DNA of 64,000 nt from Octopus vulgaris (GCA_951406725.2 OX597842.1:29078001-29142000); one strand, 5' to 3'. Shown: positions 1 through 13,706, counted from the stretch's first letter. Notes: a model not told the origin generated them from the letters alone. Numbers and translations: made by a program.

Positions 1-601
1 TCAACATTTTAATTTTGACAACATTGCTTTTTTTGAAAATAACATTGCTTTTTTTAAAAGAATGGGTGCATTAATAAAAATATATACGAAAGACATATAA
101 AATAAAATATAACACCCTATTTTGGATCATTTATAAATAATCAAGGTAATATAAATAATCAAGGTAATCCTATACAAGAAGTGAGCTAATGAACTTATGT
201 AGGCACGCGGCTAAATTTAAAATGTCGAATATAAATATACCATATGGATAGAGTATATATTTTGTATTTTTGATCTTTGAAATTTTGATTTTGACTCTTG
301 AACGATGAGCGCTACAATGGATTTTGTTTTCCAAGCTATGCGGATCTTAATCCGTATAGCAAAGTCTTGTGTTTCTACATATACATCAGGAAAAAACCTT
401 CGACCCTGTTTTCAGGTTACTGTATTGTATAGGATTACCTTGATTATTTATATTACCTTGATTATTTATAAATGATCCAAAATAGGGTGTTATATTTTAT
501 TTTATATGTCTTTCGTATATATTTTTATTAATGCACCCATTCTTTTAAAAAAAGCAATGTTTTTTTCAAAAAAAGCAATGTTGTCAAAATTAAAATGTTG
601 A
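1..601. repeat. Long inverted repeat (arms 1-177 and 426-601, ~250-nt spacer), may extend left of the window
   Basis: 426-601 is the near-perfect reverse complement of 1-177, including the internal tandem ataaataatcaaggtaat duplication. Confidence 0.9.
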
Positions 602-1334
602 TATAAGTATGTGTATAGCCGAGGATATGTATTTGTAAGCATGCGTATCTGTGTATGTGTAAGTGAGAGTATGTTTGTGCTTAAGCACACATATACACGA
701 CTGTATATATGTATCCATACGAACTTGTTTGTATACTTGTCTCCATATATGCCAATAACGCCGTTACACAGATTGTATACATAATTTTTTCTTATTTCGT
801 TTTTTTCCCCACCCCTCCTTCGTTCCTTTTTCTCTCTCTTCTTTTCTTTCGTTCCCCCCCTTACTCAGTATATGAGAATCGCTACATACATGATTTTTAA
901 CTTGCGTGCGAGATGGTTTTGCGTGAATATATGTACACATGCATTTATGTGTATATTTAGATTTATATTCATACGTCTGTATATGTATGGCGTTGGCGCG
1001 CATCCTTTTTGTGTATGTTGATATATATATGCACATTTTAATAAAAATATGTATTGCAGTGTAATATTTATAACAGGTTTAATTCCTATGAATTAATTTA
1101 TACTTTCTTCATTAATGTCAATATGTATTTTATTCAATGTAAGGTTTTTTCCTCGGATTTTATAATTTTTTATAAGCTTTTTTATATATATACATATATT
1201 TTTGACCTTTTTGTTTATCGCTCGAAGATTGACCGTTTTTTTCTAAAGGGCCAATCAAACAAGTCCATTTCTTTTTAAAGGTGTAGCGTTTGTAAGAGTC
1301 TAGATTGAATTGATATATCAGTTCCATTCTAGCA

Positions 1335-1381
1335 AAAACTGTCTGATGAACGGCAACGAGAAACTCAGAGTAACAGATTTT
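1335..1381 (+). ncRNA. Minimal type I hammerhead ribozyme motif (Penelope pLTR type)
   Basis: CTGT-CTGATGA-a cg gcaa cg a-GAAAC-tcaga-GTA-ACAG: stem I CTGT/ACAG, intact core, palindromic stem III (ACTC a GAGT), GUA cleavage triplet. Confidence 0.7.
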
Positions 1382-1480
1382 GTTGAATTTTCTGCTGCTT
1401 AAAATAAAGCATATTACTCTACCACTGGTATTTGAGTACTCTTTCTTCCATCTTGTTTCACATTTATGTGTTTACTCCGG

Positions 1481-1532
<52 letters not shown>

Positions 1533-1619
1533 GAGAGAGAGAGAGAATGGGTGAGAGAGAGAAATTGTGAAGTGGGAGGGAGAGAGAAGGAAACAATGAT
1601 AATCCGTGAGTTGGGGGTG

Positions 1620-1965
1620 TAAAGAAGGTTTTCCGAAATTAAGGGAACCAAAGTTTCGGGCTTTAATGACTATCAATAGATAGTGTGTCTTGTGTTTGCT
1701 TCAGACCAAATAAATTCAGATTTATGGATTAGATAATGACTCTAGACCGAAATACAATCATAATACTCTCCAAGGAGATTGTTGAAGGCATGCTGCCCTA
1801 ACTGCTGTTCACTGATGAAAACAAATTTCACATTGAATAGACTGTGAACCAGCAAAATGGCCAGCCTTGGAGTGTACCTGGATCCATCGGGGTTCGATTG
1901 GTAATTTGATGTCAAAATCCACTCGGATATTCCCCTCGTTATTTTGAGATATATTGTATTGAAGT
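1620..1965 (+). mobile_element. Deleted Tc1/mariner (maT/DD37D-like) relic
   Basis: Aligns piecewise with 5281-5897; retains the ttcactgatgaaa (FTDE) catalytic motif region. Confidence 0.6.
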
Positions 1966-3449
1966 TCGTTTTGGGATTCTTGTGTTGTTTTTTATGTATG
2001 TACAAACACAAACAAATAAACATATATATGTGCATGCAGTATGTGCATGTAACAATCATAGACTAATGCACATATATATGCATATAAAGTATTTGTGCAT
2101 AAAGCATGCTAATTAATTAGTGAAAGAAAGTAAGGCAGTGCCCATAGCCTACACAAGGCCTCAAAACCTGAGAAAGAGAATTAGATGAGATAAACAGGAA
2201 CAGTATATTATTGCTACTTAATATTTTCAACCAGTGGTGGGATAGTGTGAAAAGTTAATCCAAAGAGTATGTCATGGGTGGAGTGTCTTTGATTCTAGGT
2301 TTGAAGGACCTGGGCTGGATTGTGACTAAACAGCTACAACTACTCCAAAACAGACCTTTCTTTGCAAAAAGGACCACCACTATCACCATGACCCCAACCA
2401 CCATCACTTCTGCAACCTATACCACCACCACCACCACCTGCATCATCAACACTACACAACCACAACCACAACCAACCTACACATTTCTGCTCAGACCAAC
2501 TCTGTGATTTATTCAAATGCCTTGTGTTGGGCCCTTAATGGGATCAGTGCAGTTCCCAGGTAAGGTAGCTATATCTAGTAGTTTATCTAATGACCCTGAA
2601 AGAATTTGACTTCAGCTGGATTTGATCTCAGAACATAGAGAACCGCAACAATTATTGCAAAGCTGTCAATTAGCTATCCTGAAGACCCAATAGAAAAAGC
2701 AGCTAAACCTCACTCAGCCCACGCCTTACTCTTATAAGAAAGAAAGGCTATTGTAGATAATGTAATTTCAACATTACTCATATCCAAAAAAAGGATGGTC
2801 ATGGCTAGAACGTCTTTAAGCAAATGATTTCTGGATTAGAGATGATCTGGGAGCTGGACAACAACATCTAAAATTAGAACTCACTAGAATTAAATGTTCC
2901 CTAGAGATAGCACAAGAAGTAGACGTGGCCGCATTTCCCGCGACACACATCGAACCCGTGCTCTATGGTGTCAGCTTGATGCAGTCATATGTATATCAGG
3001 GACAATATATGTGTGGCTGCAATTCAGCCATTTGATCAGATAACTGGAAGAGAGGGCAACAACAATAACAATGCCAACAATATCAAATACACACACACAC
3101 ACACACACACATACACAAAACACCACCACCACCAGCAACAAGATAATCATCGTTAATTTTAGAGAGGATCACTTTCCTTATATTATCGAGAATAATGAAC
3201 ACACCAGGCGTAATTTCATATCATCAGCCAATACTGCCACACCTGAGATGTTAGTCACGTTGTGATTGAGAAATCGGTCAACATAAATATTACTTTACAC
3301 ACTCTGCTATCATATTTTCTTATGCAACAATCAATTTCTATCCTGTTTCTTTATTTTGAGTTCGTTTCAAATATTTTAAGAATTTTTATGCTGATTTCAA
3401 ATGTCGGACAGAACACTGAATCGGAAAACTGATACGTCTAAATCTGGTG

Positions 3450-3609
3450 GTGCATATGTATGTGTGTATATATGTGTGTATATATGTGTGTTTGCATGTA
3501 TGTATGAATCTGCATGTATGTGCAGATGTATTTATGCATGCATGTATATATGTATGTGTGTGTGTATGTTTGTATGTATATATGTAGGTATGTGTTTGTA
3601 AGCATGCAA

Positions 3610-3642
<33 letters not shown>

Positions 3643-3992
3643 CATCTGTGTGTGCATGCATGCATATATAGATGCATGCATGCATGTATGAATCTGCATG
3701 TATGTGCATATGTATTTATGTATGCATGTATATATGTATATGTTTGTGTTTGTTTGTATGTATATATGTAATTGTGTATGTATGTATGTATGCATGCATG
3801 TATGTATGCATGCTGTATGTATGTATGTATGCATGTATGTATGCATGCATGCATGTATGTATGCATGCATGCATGTATGTATGTGCATATGTATGTCTGT
3901 ACGTATGTATGTATTCATGTATGTATGTGTTTGTAAGTATGCAAATATATATGTATGTATGTATCTATGTATGTCTGTCTGTCTGTATGTCA
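3450..3992. repeat. (TATG)n/(TGCA)n compound microsatellite
   Basis: Visible low-complexity repeat; source of spurious MYVC/HTYI ORFs. Confidence 0.95.
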
Positions 3993-4371
3993 CTTACAAG
4001 GCTCTCATAAGTGCTGCTGGTAACATGGAATCCAGTACAACCAGTTGCATGGTTGGGACTGTCAGCAACTAAACTGGCAACCCCACCTGGATATCCAGAT
4101 TAGGAGCGTTGCGAGAAACCCAACAAAATTCAAAATAAGACCTGTTGAAAGGTCGGATGAACGGCTGTCTAGCAACAGCAGCTGAAAAGGTTGGAATTAA
4201 TTCCAGTTGGTTTTAAGTTAATCATTCAACTTAAATATTACTTTACACACTTTGCTATCATATTTTGTTATACATGTATGCGTGTATGTATATATATGTA
4301 ATCATATATGCATGTCTGTTTTTATACCTGTATGTATGTATGTACATATGTATTTATGGAAGTGGATTTGT

Positions 4372-4665
4372 AAGTGGATTTGGTAGACGGAAACTGAAAG
4401 AAGCCTGTCGTATATATGTATATATATGTGTATGTGTCTGTATGTGTTTATGTGTCGGTGTTTGTCCCCCTAGCATTGCTTGACAACTGATGCTGGTGTG
4501 TTTACGTCCCCGTCACTTAGCGGTTTAGCAAAAGAGACCGATAGAATAAGTACTGGGCTTACAAAGAATAAGTCCCGGGGTTGATTTGCTTGACTAAAGG
4601 CGGTGCTCCAGCATGGCCGCAGTCAAATGACTGAAACAAGTAAAAGAGTAAAAGAGTAAAGAGTA
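4372..4665 (+). mobile_element. 5'-truncated copy of the abundant SINE family seen full-length at 29023
   Basis: gtggatttggtagacggaaactgaaagaagcc ... ggcggtgctccagcatggccgcagtcaaatgactgaaacaagtaaaagag matches the other copies. Confidence 0.85.
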
Positions 4666-4680
4666 TATACATAAAAAGAC

Positions 4681-4728
<48 letters not shown>

Positions 4729-4739
4729 AAGCGAGAGAG

Positions 4740-4945
4740 TCCGTTGATGCACTGGTTTTGGGTTTGGGGTACTGACTTTCCTTGTTCTATGACCAAATCC
4801 GAACATTTCTTTTGGCCAAATTCCATGCCCACCTCAGCTGAAAAGGTTATTAATTCCAGTTGTTTTTAAGCATTGTTCACACTTTTAGCATAAATCTTCA
4901 GGTCGTCTACAAAGAAATTATGAGTTACATTGATATGGTAGGTGA
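4740..4945 (-). mobile_element. R4/Dong-like non-LTR retrotransposon RT fragment
   Basis: Translates to VTHNFFVDDLKIYAKS and GMEFGQKKCSDLVIEQGK (YADD-type box and following motif). Confidence 0.6.
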
Positions 4946-5161
4946 GTACATATGTTTGTATGTATAAAATACAGTGTACATCTAAACACAATAAGAGGTG
5001 TCCATCATTGGACTGCCTCACGCTAGAAGGAACAGCTAAAGTCCAAACCACTAATTGGGGATAAATTCTCGAAGGGAATGAAAAATAAAAACATTTACCA
5101 TCTATTTCCTGGATCGGTATTATTAATTATGTTTCTATGTATGTATTTATGTGTGTGTATT

Positions 5162-5252
<91 letters not shown>

Positions 5253-5280
5253 AGATAATGATAATGTGTATGTGTGTGTA

Positions 5281-5897
5281 TACAGGGTGTTCCAAATTAA
5301 GGCCCCCAATTTTGGACTTTAATAACAATCAATAGATGCGATAAGATATGAAAATTATACATCATTGTAAAAGCTTAGTGTGTCTTGTGTTTGCTTCAGA
5401 CCAAATAAGTTCATATTTATGGATTAGATAATGGCTACAGACCGAAATACAATCATAATACTCTCCAAGGAGGAGAAAGTAATACAGCTATAGCAAAAAA
5501 ATGCTTAAAAGTAACCGAACAACAGTCAAGAAAAGTGTGAAGAAATTTCAAGAGACTGGTTCCACGGCTGATCACCCTGGACGTCGCCAAAAAAGAAATG
5601 TGCAGACCGCTCAGCTTATCATAAGTACCAGAGAGAAGATATGGTGAAATCCTCATCATTCCCTCAGAAAAATGAGCTGAACATCAATGTATCCCAGTAC
5701 TGAAGGAGGGTCTCAGGACCCAACGCTAAAAGATGATCCATTGTCATGAGCTCACACAAGTTTACAAAGCCACGAGAGTGGAGAGGAATCGTCTTATCAT
5801 GCGTAAGATTGTTGAAAGCACGCTGCCCTAACTGGGGTTCACTGATGAAAAGAAATTTGACACCAAAAAGACAGCAAACCAGCAGAATCGCCAGATT
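5281..5897 (+). mobile_element. Tc1/mariner (maT-like) transposon 5' relic
   Basis: TA|CAGGGTG terminus; decayed HTH (FQETGSTAD.PGR..KR) and FTDEK motif. Confidence 0.75.
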
Positions 5898-5914
5898 CTC
5901 CTTGTGTGTGCATA

Positions 5915-5952
<38 letters not shown>

Positions 5953-6274
5953 GTAACTATGTACCATGTTTGTATGTATGGATGTGCATCTTTATATGTG
6001 TGGATCCGTGTCTCCATATGTGTCTGTTCTTGTAACCTATGTACCTATCCGTCTGAAATGGTTTTTAAAGAAATATTTCCAGAGTTTTCAAATGCAAAGA
6101 ACACTTTCCCCTTTTCTCTGCGACTCTGTCTCTCTTTTTTGAACTGTTGTGGGTTGTAGAGGCGTGTTTGAAGTTACACAGTATAAACATGGACATCTTC
6201 CAAACACATACGCACACACGCATGCTCACACATACACATACACACGCACTCACACATTTTTAAAAATCTTTTTC

Positions 6275-6715
6275 TTGATTCTGTCGTTTCGCTGCGGCCA
6301 TGCTGGGGCAGCGCTTTGAAGAATTTTCGTCGATACAATTGACACCATTGATAATTCATATTTCTTGTTCATCCTGGGACTTATTCTATCCATCTATTTC
6401 GCTGAACCTCTCAGTTACAGGTACATAAATATACCAAAACAGGCTGTCAAACGGTTTGGGGGACAAACACAGACACACAAATAAATGTTGCTTCCATCCA
6501 CGAAATCGTGGCCTGAACAGGTAAATAGCTTCACGAGTGTTTCTCCCCCGGCACAAAACCAAACTGCATCTCATCAAGGCTGACTCTCTTCCACTCACAA
6601 GATTTTGCTCAGCCCATGGCTATATCAGAAGACATTTGTCCAAGGTGCCATGCAGTGGGACTGAAACCAAGACCACAGAGTTGCGAAGCTAGATTCTTAA
6701 CCACGTTGCTATGAC
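6275..6715 (-). mobile_element. Diverged SINE copy
   Basis: Reverse complement of the 29023 SINE (gcggccatgctgg ... ccaaggtgccatgcagtgggactgaa). Confidence 0.7.
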
Positions 6716-7224
6716 TACCATTGCTGAAAATGAATTTCAGAGACAAATTTATAGAACAATTTTATAAAATTCTTCCCTTTACAGGTTAAAGAGATTTATT
6801 CTTACCATATTCATAACGAGAGATAGACGAAAGGAATTTTTCATGGGGACTTTATCATTAAATTCTAAAACTGGAGAAATAAGCTGAACGGGATTCCAAG
6901 ATATTCATCATTACACCATGAAATGTGGATCATAAAAATAACAAAGACATTATGAAAATGTCAATTAAGCAGAGAGAAATTCCAAAAGTATAATATATAC
7001 CCAGGTTCTCAGGTTGTCACAGCGCTGCCTATATAATAGAACAAATCCATTATTATAGATATATATATATTTGTGTGTGTGTGTGTGTCTTTGTGTCTGT
7101 GTTTGTCCATCCACCCCACTTGACCACCAGTGTTGCTGTGTTTACATCCTCATAACATAGCTGTTCCCCTCATAGAAACCGATAGAATATCTACCAGTTT
7201 TAAAGACAATAAAGAAATGAAGTT

Positions 7225-7355
7225 CTGGGTACGGGTATAAAATGGACAATGAGAAAATAAGCCATCTATTGTGTATGGATGACTTAAAACTCTTAGGCAA
7301 AGACAAGAATGAGCTTGAAGGCCTATTACATACCATGAAAGCATTCAGTGATGAC
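7225..7355 (+). mobile_element. R4/Dong-like RT fragment
   Basis: Translates KISHLLCMDDLKLLGKDKNELEGLLHTMKAFSDD. Confidence 0.6.
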
Positions 7356-7356
7356 T

Positions 7357-8265
7357 GAGAGAGAGAGAGAGGGAGAGAGAGAGAGAGAGAGAAAGAGGGA
7401 GAGAGAGTGAGAAAGAGAGAGAGAGGGAGAGAGACAGAGGGAGGGAGGGAGGGAGAGAGAGAGAGGAGACAGGGGAAGAGAGAGCGGGGGAAGGAGAGAG
7501 GGGGAGGGAGAGGGAGACAGGTGGAGGGAGAAAAGAGGGAGAAAGAGAGAGGGAAGAAGAGAGAGAGGGAGAGTTTATGTATGTGGTATGTGTGTATGTA
7601 TGTATGTATATATGTGTGTATGTATGTGTGTGTATGTATGTATGTACGTATGTATGTATGTATGTATGTATTATGTGTGTATGTATGTGTGTATGTATGT
7701 ATGTATGTGTGTGTATGTATTTATGTGTGTATGTATGTATGTATGTATGTATGTATATATGTATGTGTGTATGTATGTATGTATGTATGTGTGTATGTAT
7801 GTGTGTATGTATGTGTGTGTATGTATGTATGTATATATGTATGTGTGTATTTATGTGTGTATGTATGTGTGTATGTATGTATGTATGTATGTATATATGT
7901 ATGTGTGTATGTGTGTATGTATGTGTGTATGTATGTATGTATGTATGTATGTATGTATGTATGTGTGTATGTATGTATTTGTGTATGTATGTGTGTATGT
8001 ATGTATGTATGTATGTGTGTGTGTATGTATGTGAGTATGTATGTATTTATGTGTGTATGTATTTATGTATGTATCTATGTATGTATGCGTGTATGTATGT
8101 ATATATGTATGTATGTATGTAAGGTATGTATTTGTGTATGTATGTATGTGTGTATGTATGTATGTATGTGTGTATGTATTTAAATATGTATGTATATATA
8201 TATGCATGTGTATGTATCTATGTATGTATGTATGGCTTCAGTGACACACACACACACACACACAC
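7357..8265. repeat. (GA)n followed by a long (TATG)/(TG) microsatellite
   Basis: Visible low complexity. Confidence 0.95.
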
Positions 8266-8671
8266 CATCGGCACGCCAACTTCAAAAGAACTTCCCCAAT
8301 CCAACCGCGCCCTCTCTGTCTCTTTTGCTTCTATACCTATTATCGGATTTTGTTGGGGACCCTTTATGGTAAAGAAGTGGATGGGGAAAACGTGGGTAGA
8401 GGTTGATGTGCTAGCAACCATCTCCCTTCATTGTTTCACAAAGTAAACAACACCACAAATAACTACGCAGGGGCAGCCATGGTTGGAACAAGAGCAGCAA
8501 GCATTGTTAAAGGAGAAAAGAAGCATGGTCATTCCTTACCCAATTGATATTCTCTTATCGTCCATCACTTGTTCTGCGCTCATAAATGAGTTTCGTGTCC
8601 ATCGTAGACGTTGCTTCCTAATCAACGGTTCGTCTTCCTCCAACCTTGCCATGTCAGTCGATTCCTTTATT

Positions 8672-9350
8672 AAATAATAATAATAATAATAATAATGAAG
8701 TTATTGTATACAGTGCTCAGGTGCCCCACAACTTGTCAAAAACTGCGTATAAAGCATCTGCCTGGGGAGTGAACAGTGTATGAGTCAGATAGATGCTTGC
8801 TTGTGTGTATGGAGGGGAGAAAGCTCAGGTGTGGTGTTGGCGAATCTCAGGAAGCATGGAAGTTTTCAAGGATGCAGTGATCCGACAACCAACAACTGAT
8901 GCCGGCAGTTTGTTCCATGCTTCAGCAAGTCTCAGCTTGGAAAAATGTTTGGGAAAGCCATGGAAGGAGCGCTGCTGTTTTCTGACTTTGTAAACATGTG
9001 GACGGGTGTGAGACGGGTGGAGTTTGAAAAGGTGGTCAGAGTTATTGTTTGTAAGAGGGTTAATAATTGTCTGGGTGTCTGCCAAGTCAGCTGCCAGACG
9101 TCGGAGTTTGAATGTGTCGATGGCCAGGGAAGAAGTAAGGCGTTAGAGAATATGGCAAATGCCTGATGGAGGCTATTCTCTTGGTTGCAGGGCTTGCTTG
9201 CAGACGATTAATATGGTGGGCAAGATAGGGGTTGCAGACGGGTGATGCAAATTGCAGGTGAGGCCGCAGGTAGATGGCCGGAGAGCGGCTGACGAAGGAC
9301 TTGGTGAGTGATGCCAAGACACCGTCGGCCTTCTTGGCAATTTTAGCAGG
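8672..9350 (-). mobile_element. CR1/L2-type LINE 3' fragment with (TTA)n tail
   Basis: Minus-strand peptides RPHLQFASPVCNPY and RLAEAWNKLPASVV are typical CR1 ORF2 C-terminus; the same 3' end recurs at 31515-31703. Confidence 0.75.
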
Positions 9351-9809
9351 GAACGATAGGAGGGCAGAGAAAAGAAACATTGGAGGGGGAGCTGAGGGGA
9401 TGGACGAAGGAGAGGAAACCTGTGAAGAAACAAACAATGAAAATATATACAATTAAATGAGAATGAGTGATTTAGAGGAGAAATGAATGGGATGAGGATG
9501 AGGAGGAGGCGGATGAGGATGGTCGACCCCACAAACCCCAGACTCACACTCAGCCCTTTTTATATTCTCCCTTTTTCACACTCAGCCCTTTAAACATTCT
9601 CCTTTCACTGGCAACATACTTGCTATAGGCTTGCCTTTCACGAAACACACTTTGCCACAGGCATTTCTTCTCCACCCTTCTTTCCCCTTTCATCTCCAAA
9701 ATACTCTCAACCCCATCCAACACCTTTCTCACTTTGCAAGCAGCAGACGACACTTCATTCACTAAAGCGCATGCGTCAACTCACCCAACTCCTTCACTAA
9801 ATACATCCC

Positions 9810-10730
9810 CCCACCTCTCTCTCTCTCTATGTCTGTCTCTCTCTCTTCTCTCTCCCATTTCCCCTTTTATTCTCTTACCCTCTCTCTCTCTCTTTGTCTG
9901 TCTCTCTCTCTCTCTTTGTCTGTCTCTCTCTCTCTCTTTGTCTGTCTCTCTCTCTCTCTTCTCTCTCCCATTTCCCCTTTTATTCTCTCACCCTCTCTTT
10001 GTATTTACTCCTCTCCCTCTTATTCTCTTACCGTCTCTCACTGTGTGTTTCCCCTCTCTCTCTCACCCTTTCTCCTCCCTCACACTGTATTTTTCTCTTT
10101 GTATTTCCCCCTCTCCCATTCTTCCTCATATTCTCTCACCCTCTCCCACACTCTGTATTTTCTTTCTCTCTCTTATTCTATCACCCTCTCACCCTCTTTG
10201 TATTTCCCTTCTCTCTCTTATTCTATTACCCTCTCCCACTCTCTGTATTTCCTCTCTCTCTCTCACATTCTATTTATGCTCTCTCACCCTTTTTCCTCCT
10301 CACACTGTATTTTTCTGTCTGTATTTCCCCTTCTCCCTTTTATTCTATTACACTCTCTCACTGTGTGTTCCCCCTCTCTCTTTCCCATTTTCCATTCTCT
10401 CACCCTCTCTCCCTCTGACACTATTTTTCTGTCTGTATTTCCCCTTCTCCCTCTTATTCTTTCATCCTCTCTCACTCTCTGTCTTCCCATCCCTTTCTCT
10501 TGCATTCTTCTAACGCTCTCTTACCATCTCACTCTCTCACCCTTTCTCCTCCTCACACTGTATTATTCCATCTGTATTTCCCCCTCTCCAATTATCTCTT
10601 AAACTCTCTCACCCTGAATCTCTCTTTGCATTTCCCTCCCCTCTCCCATTCTCTCTCTTATCTCTCTCTCTCTCGCATTCTCCTTATTCTCTCTCACCCT
10701 CTCTCCCTCTGACACCGTATTTTTCTCTCC
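9810..10730. repeat. CT-rich low-complexity degenerate tandem repeat
   Basis: Recurrent ctgtatttcccc...ttattct...caccctctc units. Confidence 0.85.
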
Positions 10731-11582
10731 CCGTCTTGGGTGGGCGACACGGGTGGAACGGAGGTTTTTGGAAATTTTGTCTTTTTAATTTTCGCTTTTA
10801 AAATGCGTCCTTCCTTTCTCTTTGATTTCCAAATAAGCTTTTTTAAATACTTCGAAATCAAAACTGGGCGCAGCCGTACCTTAAATAAGCAGTCTATTCA
10901 CCTGCTAGAAATAGCAGCCAAATCTCACACAAACTCTTTTTCGCACATTTTTTTCTATTTGTAAATTTTTATTTTTTCCATAATCGGTTCATAGAATCCG
11001 ATTATATCGCATTATTATTTCTATTTTTGAAAAAGCTATTCGTAGGGGTTGGGATGAGTTTCCACAAAAATCCCAAACTGGTCGGATTTGTTTCTTGGAG
11101 ATAAAATTTCAGAGAAATTTCCCGCGGTAAAAAAAAAAACAGGTATTATATATACTGTGTGGCAAAAAGGGAAAATAAAGGGTTCGTTTTATTAATAGAT
11201 TTCATTGATTGGTTGAAATTGCAGAAATTGAAGAAAAAAACCCCAAAAAATATCGGATCTTACAAACTATAGAATTTTCTCAAGAAAGCCAAGAGAAAAA
11301 GATGTTTTATAAACACATTCTACCAGTATATGGTGTTTTCTGTCTCCCCCCCCCCTCAGCCTCACATTTTCCCCTTTACGTATTTAATAGACAAAACAGA
11401 TCATTAGTTTGGTGTGTGTTAGAAAGGAAATATTTCTGCTTAAAACTTAAACCACTCTCTTAAGAATCGCAAAACAAGTCTGTCGAAGGCAAGACCCACC
11501 TTTACAGGCGGCCCAGGTGTGGCTGTTTGCTAAGAAACTCGCTTCCCTTGTGCCTGGAGCCGGACCACATCAAAAAGAACTG

Positions 11583-12005
11583 GGATCTTTTCGGTTTGAA
11601 CGGCAGTTTTTTCTAGTTTTTCCGAGGTCATATGAAATTGTCACCCATAATTATGACCCTAGTATTGATCTATTGCATTTCAATCTGTTTTAGGGTTAGG
11701 GTTAGGGTGGGGGAAGGGTATCTTTTTTTCTTCACAACTGTAAATAAACCCAATCTGTTTCTTAAACGAGGGACATATTCATACGGCACAGAATGTTTTT
11801 TTTACCTCAATAGACTTCACTGATTAGTTGAAATTGCAGAAATTGAAGAAAAAAACAACAAATACCTTACAAACTATAGAATTTTCTGAAGAAAGCCAAG
11901 AGAAAAAGATGTTTTATAAACACATTCTACCAGTATATGAAGTTTAAAAGTGTTTAGTTACGTGGAAATCATTTTGAAAAACTGCCGTTCAAACGGAAAA
12001 GATCC
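11583..12005 (+). mobile_element. Non-autonomous TIR element (MITE) with internal TTAGGG repeats
   Basis: TIRs GGATCTTTTCGGTTTGAACGGCAGTTTT and AAAACTGCCGTTCAAACGGAAAAGATCC; ttagggttagggttaggg at ~11690; partial copy at 11190-11335. Confidence 0.85.
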
Positions 12006-12619
12006 CCATCTAGCCCTGTCATATTGTGTATGTTATGCTGAATCTCCCTGTGAACTACATTAAGGGTATGTGTGTCTGTGGAGTACTCAGCCACTTGTGC
12101 ATTAATTTCACGAGCAGGCTGTTCCATTGATCAGATCAAAAGAAACAAATGTTGTCATAACCGGCCGAGTGCTCCTAATGTGCTTTTGTCTGACCCATGC
12201 AAGCATGGAAAAAGAGATGTTAAAACGATGATGATGATTAGAAAAATAACCCTGAAATATTTCCTCAGGAAAATCTTTCCCACAGTTTCAATGTTAAGCG
12301 AGAAGGGTGGAGCAAACCAAACGACATTTCTGCGGCGCTTCCTTTCCTGGTGTCAGGGACTGGCATGTAGGAGAGGCAATCCTTAAATCCACTCAATGCC
12401 AGTGCCTCGTTGTAGAAGGGGCAGCAGCGTCAAAGATATCTTGGTTCGAGGACAGATTCGAGATCCTCTTGCTTACACCACTCACTAGGTTCTTGAAAAA
12501 TATAGGCTGGTGCCAGTTCTAATGCAAGACATTCTCTGGTTTGGCTTGTGATAAAGCTTGTGTCTACCAGAGCACAGATCGAAAGTAACATGGAAGAAAG
12601 TTACTGTGAGGAGTTTAGT

Positions 12620-13010
12620 CTTGTGTTGAGGTCCAGAAGGCAAGTTGCTGAAATGGGAAACTAACGAATTGTGGTTCTAATCGTTCTGCACATTTATCAG
12701 TGTGATAACTGAGGTATATTCGGCGATATTGTGGGGAGGAAATTTGTTGTTTGTGGACCATATAGCTCTTTTGGATTAAAATTCCTCTCGAATCAATTTA
12801 GTTTCGAAGACAGCCCAAGCATCTGATTATGTAAATGAGGTTTTGGGGTGTGCAAGGGACGTTGGATTTGATTTTGAATATATGCCCTTGTCTGAAATGG
12901 AATTCCGATCCTTCTAAAAGATTTTCTGCAAATAGGTGAACCACACTTTACAACTCTTGCATCTGTTGTTCTAGGGAATAGTTTGGCATTGGTGAGAATC
13001 TTCAACAAGT
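12620..13010 (-). mobile_element. Penelope-like element GIY-YIG endonuclease relic
   Basis: Frameshifted translation KILTNAKLF..VVKCGSPIC / FKIKSNVPCTPQNLIYIIRCLGCLRN*I / VHKQQISSPQYRRIYLSYHTDKCA. Confidence 0.75.
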
Positions 13011-13495
13011 AAGACTGAATAAAGAAGACTCATTTATCCCCAAATACAGACCAAATAAATAAATATGAACCCATATTAAAAATAAAGGACTTACCCCATC
13101 TAATGTAGGGCATAAGCCAAAAAAAAATAGAGAGAACAAATAAAAATTTACAGATTTACCTCCCCTCAACTGTAAAATATATGAATGAACAATTATCTCC
13201 ACTTGCCGTATATTTTTTTTTTCAACTCTCAGTTTGATAAGCAACTCGAAACCGGTCCTTCAATTATTTTGAAAGGACAAAACCTTATTTTGTACAAAAT
13301 TATATATCTTTTTTTTCCATGGCTCTAATATACCCCTAAATCCTGTGAAACAAATCTGATTTTTACATCTTTTCTTTTTTTATATATATCCACCATGTGT
13401 TTCTCCACTGAAATATTTTCTACCCCATATATATATATATATATACACATACATACATACATAAATATATTCATATATATATATATATATATATA

Positions 13496-13537
<42 letters not shown>

Positions 13538-13607
13538 CATACATAAATATATGTGTGTTTATATATATATATATATATATATATAAACACACATATATTT
13601 ATGTATG

Positions 13608-13683
<76 letters not shown>

Positions 13684-13706
13684 CATACATACATAAATAT
13701 ATGTGT

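Noticed and set aside
4140-4200. Possible hammerhead (cggatga...gaaa)
   Set aside because: Core mutated and no convincing stems I or III.
6770-6995. Plus-strand splice acceptor and possible exon
   Set aside because: No ORF, homology or partner exon identifiable.
8540-8652. Apparent first exon MARLEEDEPLIRKQRLRWT... with GTAAGG donor (GARP/Myb-like motif)
   Set aside because: RLRW...MDDKRI better matches the RTE LINE C-terminal motif; no partner exons found.
9734-10602. Hydrophobic 257-259 aa ORFs resembling membrane proteins
   Set aside because: Product of CT-rich low-complexity DNA.
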